Positions 1 through 10,139 of a DNA stretch of 64,000 nt are shown piece after piece. This stretch comes from Histomonas meleagridis 2922-C6/04-290x. Its lineage: Eukaryota; Protista; Parabasalia. The notes under the pieces were generated by a model, which saw only the letters and a list, made by a program, of their open reading frames with translations, was not told where the DNA came from and did not search any database. The first letter of the stretch is position 1, and each line of letters begins with the position of its first letter. The position numbers and the translations under genes are program-made. The stretch is taken from NCBI GenBank assembly GCA_020184695.1, contig JAANOX010000106.1, positions 39,213 to 103,212 of the forward strand. The letters are read 5' to 3'.

Positions 1-2
1 TT

Positions 3-1355
3 TCTACGGGACCACATATTCGATATCTAAGCACACATATCAATGAGTTAATTGAAGACAAATCACTTCAAACAGAATTACAGCCAACTTTAGTTAACTC
101 CATATTATATTATCACTTGAAATATATCAAAGATCCATTACCACCAGATTTTATGAGTTGGCTATATGATTATATCCAAATTAATCCAAACGAACGAAAC
201 AAAATGATACAATTTATGGATTCCAATTCATTAACACCACAAATATCAATGCAATTAATCCAAAATTCCAACATAAACATTAACATTATTCGTAATCAAC
301 TTGTTACATATTTAAACAAAGATGTTAAATCGAACATTGGGAATTATCAAATCATTAATTGTCATCAAAAACTTGATAATCCGAGTGAAGGCGTTTTCTC
401 TTATTTATGTAAAAGTTGTAATGGTAATCCGCAAGATTTTAACTTAATACGTATCACGTCACATAATAGTAAACATTTATTAGTAAGTCGCTCCAAGCAA
501 AAAGATAACGACGTCGATCATAACGCGCAAAAGTATTGGTCTACGCCTGATATCCCTAATTCATGGGTATGTTTTAACTTTAAAGAATATGAAATTATCC
601 CCACTGGTTATATGATGCGTACTTTCTTTGATAAGAAGCTTCCGAGTATGCATTCATGGCGCGTAGATGGCTCTAGTGATGGTATTCATTGGTTCTTATT
701 AGATGAAAGAAGAAGTACAATGAATACGAAAGATCATATTTGGGCTATACTCGATGTATCTAAGCCATGTAAATATATAAAAATTACTCAAATAGATAAA
801 AACGGGTCGGGCAATTATTGTATGTTTTTGTTTGAGGTCGAATTCTTTGGTACTTTGCCTTTACAAAACGAAAGGATTTTACCAAATAATAATAATAAAG
901 GCGTCTTCGATTATATAACGAGAATAGAACAAGGGAACCCTTACGAACTTGGTAAAATAGATATAACAAGTTCTTGTGACCCAAAGTATTTGGTGGAAGG
1001 TTCTTCTTGTTGGAGATCGCCAAGAGGAAAAGAAACTTGGATCAAAATAGACCTCCTACAAATGAAAGTGAAATTGGATTTGTACGCATTGAGATCGCAT
1101 TATGGTTCTGCTTTCTTTAAGTCTTGGAAAGTAGAGGTGTCGAATGATGATAAAAATTATACAGTGGTCGATATGAATATTAATAGAGAGAATTATAAAA
1201 GACAAAACCAAGAGTGCTATTGGCCAGTACTAAATATGTTGGACCCGGCAAGGTTTATTAAAATTACTTTGATGGACGTGGATAACGCTAAAACTGTGTT
1301 CTGGTTGTCGCATATAGAATTGTTCGGGGATTTGTTCAGACCATTAAATGAATAA
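3..1355 (+). CDS. BACK-like plus tandem F5/8 type C (discoidin/galactose-binding-like) domain protein, 5' truncated by the window edge
   Basis: The frame of track ORF 117..1355 is open back to position 3 (STGPHIRYLSTHINELIEDK...). Two discoidin-like units: WSTPDIPNSWVCFNF...SWRVDGSSDG..W..LD...KYIKITQ...FEVEFFG and WRSPRGKETWIKIDL...SWKVEVSND...RFIKITL...IELFG. Family is expanded in trichomonads. Confidence 0.75.
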   Translation, partial: STGPHIRYLSTHINELIEDKSLQTELQPTLVNSILYYHLKYIKDPLPPDFMSWLYDYIQINPNERNKMIQFMDSNSLTPQISMQLIQNSNININIIRNQLVTYLNKDVKSNIGNYQIINCHQKLDNPSEGVFSYLCKSCNGNPQDFNLIRITSHNSKHLLVSRSKQKDNDVDHNAQKYWSTPDIPNSWVCFNFKEYEIIPTGYMMRTFFDKKLPSMHSWRVDGSSDGIHWFLLDERRSTMNTKDHIWAILDVSKPCKYIKITQIDKNGSGNYCMFLFEVEFFGTLPLQNERILPNNNNKGVFDYITRIEQGNPYELGKIDITSSCDPKYLVEGSSCWRSPRGKETWIKIDLLQMKVKLDLYALRSHYGSAFFKSWKVEVSNDDKNYTVVDMNINRENYKRQNQECYWPVLNMLDPARFIKITLMDVDNAKTVFWLSHIELFGDLFRPLNE

Positions 1356-1669
1356 ATAAAATTTGATCGAATTTGTTATTCGTTTTCCTTTTAATGATTT
1401 ATCATACATTTCGACAAAAAAAAAAATGATAAAATCTTAAAATAAATTGTACAAAACATAATCAATTTTTTTTTTCGAAAGTTATTAAAAGTAATTTAGC
1501 TACAAAATATTCAATCGATTGAACATTAATGTTATCACGAAAGAATAAAAACAAAAAATTTAATTATTGTTTCTAGTTGATAAGGTTTTATAATTTTAAA
1601 GCTTTATAATTTTATCATGAAAAAGATTTAAATTTAATGTTGTTAGATCTCTCTAAAAATTTTAAACGT

Positions 1670-3807
1670 ATTGTTTATTAATGTGTAATGTGATTATAAC
1701 ACAACAACTCATCAGTGAAGTTTGAAATAATGTGAATAAATTCCAAGTCTATGGGATAAATTTAAACGAAACAAAAAAATATCTTTTGCATTGATATCAT
1801 TTCTATTATGTTCATCAAGTAGTTTTGCAATTTCAATGTAACCTTTTGTTAATGCTATCATAAGTGCTGTAATAAATATCTTTAATAAATTTCAAATGGA
1901 ATATTCGAATATTAAAACGAGAGAATAAAAATTAAAAAAATCTATAAAATAATTTTTGCATTAACATCAATTTCTTTATGTTTAAGAAGTAACTCAACCA
2001 CGTCTATTTGACCATTATCAGACGCAATGAGAAGTGGTGTATAAAGTAAAATTAAAATATTTCAAACAGATAAATAAAATATAAAATTATTAAAACATAT
2101 ATTAATTAAAAAATATTAATATCTTTTGCATTAATATCAATTCCTTTTTGTTCAAGAAGCAACTTAACAATGCTCAAGTTTCCAGTATAAGATGCTAAAA
2201 AAAGTGATGTACATAATGAGATAAAATTATTCCAAATATTTAATTAGAATTTCGGATTTATGAATAAAATATTAATTAAAATATATTAATATCTTTTGCA
2301 TTAATATCTATTCCTTTTTGTTCAATAAGTAATTTTACTATTTCTGTATAACCATTTTCAGATGCTAATATAAGTGCTGTTTTAAATAATTTAAATAATT
2401 TCCAAATATTATTTTGAAATATAAAATTATTAAAATAAATTTTAAATAAAAGAAATAAATAGTTTTAGCGTTAATATCAATTCCTTTTTGTTCAATAAGT
2501 AATTTTACTATTTCTGTATAACCATTTTCAGATGCTAATATAAGTGCTGTTTTAAATAATTTAAATAATTTCCAAATATTATTTTGAAATATAAAATTAT
2601 TAAAATAAATTTTAAATAAAAGAAATAAATAGTTTTAGCGTTAATATCAATTCCTTCTTGTTCAAGAAGTAATTTAACGATTTCTGTATGACCATTTTCA
2701 GATGCTCTAATAAGTGCTGTTTTAAATAATTTAAATAATTTCCAAATATTATATTGATATATCAAATTATTAAAATAAATATCAAATAAAAGAAATAAAT
2801 AGTTTTAGCATTAATATCAATTCCTTCTTGTTCAAGAAGTAATTTAAATATTTCTGTATGACCATATTTAGATGCTAATATAAGTGCTGTCCAAAATAAT
2901 TTAAATAATTTCCAAATATTATTTTGAAATATAAAATTATTAAAATAAATTTTGTCTTTAGCATTAATATCAATTCCTTCTTGTTCAAGAAGCAATTTAA
3001 CGATTTCAATATGACCAAGTCCAGTTGTAATCATAAATGCAGTATCAAATAATTCAAGTAAATTCCAAAATATCCTAATAAATATTAAACAAAGAAAATA
3101 AAAATCAAACAAAACAAACATGTATTTTTTTCATTAATATTAATACCTTTTTGTTCAAGAAGTAATTTAACTACGTTAATATGATTATTCTGACAAGAAA
3201 ACATTAAAGCTGTAAACAATGAATGAAATAAATTCCAAATATACATTAAAAATATTCAAATATCTAATTAACAATTAAGTTAAATAATGATATATCTTTT
3301 TCATTTAAATTAAATAAAATTTTCTTTTTTTCCAAAAATATTTTAACAATTTCAATAATACCACTATAAGATGCTAAAATAAATGCAGTTTGATACAATT
3401 ATAAAAAAACTCCAAATATGAATTTTAATCAAAAAATTTTTATTATAATCAAGTAAATTAAATAAATTTTAAATAAAATAAATAAATATCTTTAGCATTA
3501 ATATCAATTTCTTTTTGTTCAATAAGTAATTTAACTATTTCTATATAACCATTCCAAGATGCTCTCATAAGTGCTGTAAAATACAAATTAAATAAGGTCC
3601 AAATGATTATAATTAATTTCGTATTTTTAAAACAAATATCAAATTTTTTTTAGGTACATCTTTTGCATTTATATCAATTTCTTTTTTAGCAAGTAGAAAT
3701 TTAACGATATCAACATAACCTTTTGAAGATGCAAGAATAAGTGGTGTTTCATAAAATTAAAATAAATTTCAAAAAAAGTTTTATTGAAACATTAAAATAT
3801 AAATATT
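1670..3807 (-). repeat. Ankyrin locus A: 12 ankyrin modules (mostly 87 nt) plus a degenerate terminal module, separated by 13 spacers built of single codons and 17-nt AT-rich elements
   Basis: Modules T...K at 3747-3661, 3577-3491, 3389-3297, 3213-3127, 3043-2957, 2890-2804, 2720-2634, 2550-2464, 2380-2294, 2210-2124, 2040-1954, 1870-1784. Each translates as TAL/TPL..A...G..EIVKLLL...GIDINAK. Spacers are 60, 83, 101, 83, 83, 66, 83, 83, 83, 83, 83, 83, 62 nt. Confidence 0.9.
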
Positions 3808-4977
3808 TCTTCCATTAATATTGATCCCTTCTTGTTTCAGAATAAAATGAATTAATTCATAATTTCCAGAATTTATTGAATAAACCAAAATATTTTGCGG
3901 AATTTGTTTTTTCTTAAAAAAATATTTTACAAAGAATATATTTCCAACTCTTGCAAATTCATTTATAATATCATTGCTTATTTCCATCATTTTCGATATC
4001 AAATATGAAAATAGCTCATAATTATCAAATCTAATACATCGGACTCCTAGATTAATCAATTTTTGAAAATCAATTTTTTCTTTATTGAAAAAATAATGAA
4101 AAATATCATTTTTATGGAATTTAATAATCGTATTGTAAACTCCTTCAAATGATGAATGATTTTGCTCACATAAATGAATTATTTCTGTATTTCCTCCTAC
4201 AATTGCATATTTTAATGTATTTTTTATATTTGATCCATTCATGAATAAAAACTTAAAACATTTAATAGCAGAAAAAAATGCTGCATAATCAATTAATGTA
4301 ACATTTTCTTCATTAATATATGAACATCTTTCATAAAGTGATGGTTCAATTTTTTGATTAAAATCGAAATCATTTTGTGATGAAATTTCTTGAAGTTTTT
4401 CTATTTCATCATTTCGAATTATTTTAGCAATTTCAGTTGGATTATGTCCTTCTTTAATTAATTGTTTATGGAGTTCCCAATCATTCTTTGATAGTTCTTC
4501 AATATTAAATTTAAATTCTTGATAAAATAATGGTTTCATTAGATAGGGTTTATCGAATTTTTTGATGAATTCTTTAGTTTGAAAGTGCGCAAAATATAAG
4601 CTTCTGACATCACTTATAAAACTTGGTTCAATTATTTTATTTTCAATCATCTGCTCAAGGAGATAATATGATTCTTGGGTATTCAATTCCAGAAGAGGCT
4701 TAAAAAAAGCTTCTTGATTAATTTTATTTTTGTTGATTTCAAATTTTGTTATCATTTTATTTATATATTCAATATATTTATAAGCATGATTAAAATGAAT
4801 TACAAAAGATGAATATATTAATCTTAAAATAATCTGATTAAATGTATATGGATAATGGGCATCTATTAATTCATAGGTTAATTCAACTGATGATTCAATG
4901 TTCTCTTCGTTTAAGTTTAATATAATTTTTGTTAATTTTTTCATGAAATGAATGAGCTCTCCAAGTTCATCGCCCAT
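3781..4977 (-). CDS. DUF3447 plus ankyrin repeat protein (5' continuous part of locus A; probably continues through the module array to about 1670)
   Basis: ATG at 4977. DUF3447 motif TLIDYAAFFSAIKCFKFL...YAIVGGNTEIIHLCEQ. The ORF stops 27 nt into the first spacer after GININGR. Confidence 0.85.
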   Translation of the reverse strand: MGDELGELIHFMKKLTKIILNLNEENIESSVELTYELIDAHYPYTFNQIILRLIYSSFVIHFNHAYKYIEYINKMITKFEINKNKINQEAFFKPLLELNTQESYYLLEQMIENKIIEPSFISDVRSLYFAHFQTKEFIKKFDKPYLMKPLFYQEFKFNIEELSKNDWELHKQLIKEGHNPTEIAKIIRNDEIEKLQEISSQNDFDFNQKIEPSLYERCSYINEENVTLIDYAAFFSAIKCFKFLFMNGSNIKNTLKYAIVGGNTEIIHLCEQNHSSFEGVYNTIIKFHKNDIFHYFFNKEKIDFQKLINLGVRCIRFDNYELFSYLISKMMEISNDIINEFARVGNIFFVKYFFKKKQIPQNILVYSINSGNYELIHFILKQEGININGRNIYILMFQ

Positions 4978-5252
4978 TTTTTATCGATAACCGTATTATT
5001 TATTCAATTTATCCAAGTCAAAGATCGACTTTTTGATATATTTACACCTTCTTCGAGCCTTGACGGTTATCAATCGGCGAGTCATGATTGCATAATACCA
5101 ATTAATTTGATACATCTAGTTGAATATTTGATATACACCAAACTTCAAAATACCCCCATATTTAAAACGCTTTTAATATTTTTAACATAACAAGTAAAAA
5201 ATTTTCTAAAACTGATTGACCATATGAATTTTTAAAAATGATTATTTTAAAA

Positions 5253-6742
5253 TCAATCATCGTTATGTGGTATTTGAGCTCTGCAAACAGGGCATACAAA
5301 CTTATCATCCAGCCATCTCGACAAGCAATCCTTATGAAACGAATGTTTACAAGGCGTAATCATCAAAATTTGACCCTTTTGACCTTGTTAAAGCAAATTG
5401 GGCAATCTACTTCTTCATCTGTGACTGTTTTATATTTATATTTTTTCATTTTGTACTTATTTGGAAAAAAAAAATTACCTCCGAAGAAGTGTTGACAAAT
5501 TAAAATCGAATATTGTAACAATAAATAAATCAAAGATAATGTACATGTTAATGGGTGAGCACATCCCAAAACATTTGATTTCCTATAACCGAAGTAAAAA
5601 AGATAAAAAATTCGATTTATAGTTATAAAAGTATTAAACCAAAAATCTTTTTTATATTTATTCGGATATATAATATTATATATTATTTGTGGAATGAAAA
5701 ACGAATAAACTATAGGTAAAACAATATTAAAACATGAAGACAACAAGAAAAATAAAAGAACATGAACAAATAATGAAACAGTATATAAAATAGCAAGAGC
5801 TAAACATAGTTTTATCAATTTATTAGCCACACCACGTTGAATCCTCCAAACAAATTTTCTATAAAAAATAAGAAAAAGCACAAAAAAACTTCCAAAAAGA
5901 CAAAGAATTAAAGGGAAAAAATATAGAAAACCGCTCGTGTCAAAAACGGTTTCGGTTATCGTTTTACAACCCAGAAATATCGGCCGAAAGGCGCATTCAA
6001 AATTTGAATGCAGAACGATCCCAATGATGGAAACCTCCCAATATAGCGAATGAGTTTTATGAGGAAAAGCAAGAGATTTCCAAGCATATATAGAAAAAAT
6101 TAAGAAGAGATTGGATATAGTGTTGAAGAGAATTAGTTCAACATGATAATCGAATTAACGAAATTTAAAACCATGTAAAGAGATTGGATTTTGTAAAGAA
6201 AAAATAGTACCATTTAGTTCTATTGGATCATAAAAATAGTTACTATCTGGATATGAAGCATTTGGAAAAAATTGAAAATAAAGACCTTTTACTTCAATTA
6301 GATGTTGTGTGGTTAAATTATGGTAAAAATTTAAAAATAAATCCAAAGAATAGTTTGGAATGCTATTGGTTATTTCAAAAATTAAATTTTTTGTTAAATT
6401 ATTATCAAAGAAAGATAATCCATTAAAAATTAAATTCGTCGAATCAAATTTGCCATTGAACTGATATGAGATAATGTTTCTTTCTTCCCGCAATAAAACT
6501 TCCACATGTTGAATAGAGTTAGATTTGTTAAAATCGCAAAAATTTTTTGTTGAAATTGTAAATTGATAAGATCCAAATAGGGAAGTATTGTTACCCCAAC
6601 CTCCCAGATATGTCTCATTAGCTTTATATGAAAAAACTAATGGAATAAGAGTAAAACTTTAATCAGTTTCCACACTTCCAAAAATGAACTTTTATAAAAA
6701 TTAATTTTAAATTATGGACAAAGCCTGCTTCCAATTGACCAT
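5253..6742 (-). pseudogene. Disrupted multi-pass membrane RING-H2 E3 ligase (Tul1/Dsc1-like)
   Basis: One frame runs from ATG 6742 (MVNWKQALSIILKLIF...) through in-frame TAA at 6661-6659 and 6157-6155 into TM helices (YSFFIPQIIYNI). A frameshift at about 5375 splits the RING-H2: CPICFNKV / ILMITPCKHSFHKDCLSRWLDDKFVCPVCR, ending at TGA 5255-5253. Confidence 0.65.
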
Positions 6743-7130
6743 GATTCTCAAGATGTAGTAATGTATTGTATACAGCATGAACTCAGGCATGCAAAAAATA
6801 TAAGCTGATGGGGAAAAGTAGATAGTAATTAAAAAAAATGAAAACGGAAGTTTTGAGAAAGATATATTTTGTTTTCAAAAAAATGTTAAAAAATAACTAT
6901 CCAAAAAATGTGCACTTGAATCGTAGAAAGCATGGATAGAAAAAAAATGAAAATTAAAAAATGCTTATATTCAATTTTATGGCATTTAAACAATCGTTAA
7001 AACTACCGGATTAGTAGTATCAGTAAGTTAATTGTTGCTTCTTTTTATTTGGTTCCGATGATATTCGATTAAAAAAGTTCTTAAAACCGCAATTGGGTTA
7101 CTTAGATCATTTTGACACTTTTGATTATAT

Positions 7131-7139
7131 AAACGGTTT
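7131..7139 (+). promoter_or_regulatory. Possible trichomonad M3-like (Myb-binding) core promoter motif
   Basis: AAACGGTTT ends 7 nt upstream of ATG 7147 and matches the T. vaginalis M3 consensus DRCSGYTD. Short motif, so a chance match is possible. Confidence 0.3.
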
Positions 7140-7146
7140 CCAGTAA

Positions 7147-9180
7147 ATGGATTGCAAAAATGAAGAAATATTCCATTTCCTTAATTCAACAGTTCCTTCA
7201 AATATTGAATCTGTTACATTTTCATGCAATTCATCTTTGAATGAAACCAGAAAAGAAATAATACGGAAACATAGAATAGTAAATTTATATAATTATTCTC
7301 TTGTTCATATTCGAGATGACAAGGACCCTGACCTCTCAGATCAGAGAGCTTCAGATGGGATTTTTAATCATACTGAAGTCAATACTTTTATTGGGGTTTC
7401 TCAACTCTCACAAAATGCGTCTTTTTTATTATCCTATCTACTAACCAATCCAGACGTTTTTGCCAAGGCTGTTTTAGACTATTCGAAAGTTTCAAATCGA
7501 AGGAACCATTTCAAACATATTATTTTTGTTTCAATTCCATCATTTTATGGCTTTTTTAGCAGCTCAGAACAACTTGATTATGCACATTGCTTCTATTACA
7601 ACATTGTTGATCTTGCAACAGACCAAGAATTTGCAGCAATGATTATTGAACCATTTCTCACAAGTGTTGCAAGTTTTCGTTTTCTTGAATCTGCTCTTAC
7701 ACGATTTTTTGATCAGTTTCTACTTGAATCCGTACCTAAAACCGAAGAAGAGATGATTTTGTTATCAGAAAAATATTCTCCAATTCTTCTCGACTATCTC
7801 ACATCGTCTGTCAGTCTCCTTCCTGAGCAAATTCTACAGCTTTTTACCGCCATACAATCCAAAAATTGGTCACCTAAAGTATTTGCAAATCTCGTCCTAG
7901 TTCGTTTTATATGGCCTGCAGCCCTTCGCTGGCTTGAAGCGTCGCATTGTACTACTCATCGTGCGGCTCTTAAGCGCGTTATTAGTAGTGTTGGGATCAA
8001 AAAAGATCTTTTACGCAATTTCTATCATGCGTTATTTCACACGCGTTCCACACTTGGCACGCCATTTCTGTTCCAAGACTTTAATATGTCATCCATTATG
8101 CTTTATGTATGTGTCAATGACATATTACTTATTGCGAAACTTCTCAATTCGCAAAATCTTTTATCCAAATCAGGAGTTGACATTTCTGATTTCAAAGACA
8201 TCGAACGTAATTACAAATTCACATGGTTTTGGTGTCATGCATATCCTAAAACTTCGTCCACATCAAAACCACAAGAAAACAAAATTAAGCTAAGCAAAAG
8301 AATTGTTTTCGATAATTATAAAGTGAATGAGATTGATAATCCCGAATTTTCGAGACAATTCAATGCAATGTATTCGGTCAATAGAGACTTTTCGTTTTTA
8401 TTACAACATTCTGGTAATGGTGATTTCTATAACTTCGTTTTTAACGAATGTTTAAATAAGTTAATTGGTGGCGCAAATTCATTTGAAAGTTTGATGGCAT
8501 TAAAGCAAAAGCAGAAGGCACTTTTTGAATGGAAAAACGTTGCCGAATGTTGTCTATCGGTTTTGGTCGAATCGAACTTGAAGTTCTTTTCGGGGCGCCC
8601 CACAATTATGGAAAAAATGCCAAATCGGTTACAGGGTTTATGCTTCATATCGAAGATCGTACAAACAACCAAAAGTAAAATCAATGAAGAGCTTTCGAAA
8701 AGGTTTGAAGAAATAGGAAAATTTGGAGAGAAATGGGAAAAGATGTTTTCGAATATTGAAATTCAAAACGTACCATACTCAGAACAAATTATCAATGAAA
8801 TAAAATCATTACAAGAGGCGAATTTGCTACGGAAATATAAGGTGATCATGCAAGTAATGAAGGAAATGCATATTATATCAAGTGCAAAGAAAATTAAAGA
8901 TAATGAAATGAGAAATATATTGAAGAAAGCACCTGGTGAAATACTCCTTAAAAGTTACGTACAAATCCACGTGCTCATCGCTAAAGAGACATACTTCACG
9001 AAATTAAGGGGAAAAGAGGAAAGTAATTATTGGCAAATGTTCGAAGGTATGATACTCAAGTGCATATCCAAAGATAAGGATATGGCAAGCGAATTCTTTT
9101 CGAAGCAAATTGAACTATCTGAGTATTATGATAAGGTTAAAGGGAATTTGGTAAGAAATAATTCGTTTGGTCATTATTGA
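7147..9180 (+). CDS. Hypothetical 677-aa protein, possibly with a divergent RasGAP-like helical domain
   Basis: Long ATG-initiated ORF. LPEQILQLF...LVLVRFIWPAA weakly resembles the RasGAP FLRFxxPAI signature. Confidence 0.55.
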   Translation: MDCKNEEIFHFLNSTVPSNIESVTFSCNSSLNETRKEIIRKHRIVNLYNYSLVHIRDDKDPDLSDQRASDGIFNHTEVNTFIGVSQLSQNASFLLSYLLTNPDVFAKAVLDYSKVSNRRNHFKHIIFVSIPSFYGFFSSSEQLDYAHCFYYNIVDLATDQEFAAMIIEPFLTSVASFRFLESALTRFFDQFLLESVPKTEEEMILLSEKYSPILLDYLTSSVSLLPEQILQLFTAIQSKNWSPKVFANLVLVRFIWPAALRWLEASHCTTHRAALKRVISSVGIKKDLLRNFYHALFHTRSTLGTPFLFQDFNMSSIMLYVCVNDILLIAKLLNSQNLLSKSGVDISDFKDIERNYKFTWFWCHAYPKTSSTSKPQENKIKLSKRIVFDNYKVNEIDNPEFSRQFNAMYSVNRDFSFLLQHSGNGDFYNFVFNECLNKLIGGANSFESLMALKQKQKALFEWKNVAECCLSVLVESNLKFFSGRPTIMEKMPNRLQGLCFISKIVQTTKSKINEELSKRFEEIGKFGEKWEKMFSNIEIQNVPYSEQIINEIKSLQEANLLRKYKVIMQVMKEMHIISSAKKIKDNEMRNILKKAPGEILLKSYVQIHVLIAKETYFTKLRGKEESNYWQMFEGMILKCISKDKDMASEFFSKQIELSEYYDKVKGNLVRNNSFGHY

Positions 9181-10139
9181 TTGGAAAATGTAATAAAATA
9201 TTATTTATGTTGATTTTATTTGGATTATTTCTTTACATTTAGTTCAATTTCTTTTTAGAGTTTAAAAATTAATTAAAAAAAATTCACTCAAAGATTTGGG
9301 CAATCGTTTTTTGCTACAGACAAACCTTGTCAATTTTAGTAGCAAAAAAATAATTTAGATGTCATTTTGCTGTAATTAAATTTGTTAGATAAAAAATAGA
9401 TGGAGCAAAACGTCAGATTTTGTTAAAAAAAATTATGATATTGAGATATGACCAAATAAAAAAAACAAATACATATCGTAAAAAACGATATGCTCAATTG
9501 CATTCAATTTCGGACGGCTCCTAAAAATTTTTGATAATTATGAATGAATTGGTACCCTCCGATAGGGTACCCGGTAGCCACTTTTTTATGTACACCCTAT
9601 CGTTTTGTGACAGTTTTTACTCGTTTTTTTTACTAAGTACATGCTCGGATAAATAAACGGTCAAAAATTGTACGTTAATTTCATAAAATAAGTGTTTTCT
9701 CGCTTGGTTGTTGTACCTGAACAGACATAAATTTAGTGAACTTCATCTACTTCTCAGAATATTGTCTCTTTAAAATTCAATATATATTTGGTCGAATCTA
9801 TTATTTTTTTGATTGAACAATTGCAGATATCAAAATTTCGATTCAGTTGAACCCAAAGCAATTATTATAAAATATTTTTGCATTATCTTTGTAATGTTGT
9901 TTCCAAAATTTTTTGTTGAAGTTTTTCTTATAATGCACTTTATAATATTATTGTGTTTATTTATTTACATTTTGCTTTGTGGGGATATTTGTTATGTTGT
10001 ATATTGCCATTTCGATGATTTTCATATGTTTGTGTGTTTATATCAACTTTTGTTTTGATACAATTATTTAGATTGTTTTCTGCATACATTCGATCTTTGA
10101 GTTGATTTTGATTATTAGCAATATATGCTTCACTATTTC

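Noticed and set aside
2535-3121. Track ORFs 2535..2765 and 2762..3121 as independent small proteins
   Set aside because: They are chance read-throughs of ankyrin modules into spacer sequence.
1722-3807. Whole spacers as ordinary GT-AG or AT-AC introns
   Set aside because: Most spacers have no GT. The AG in ACAG comes from Thr-Ala codons and is absent in ACA-CCA and ACT-GCA modules. GT-AG and AT-AC joins tested give frameshifts or delete the hairpin.
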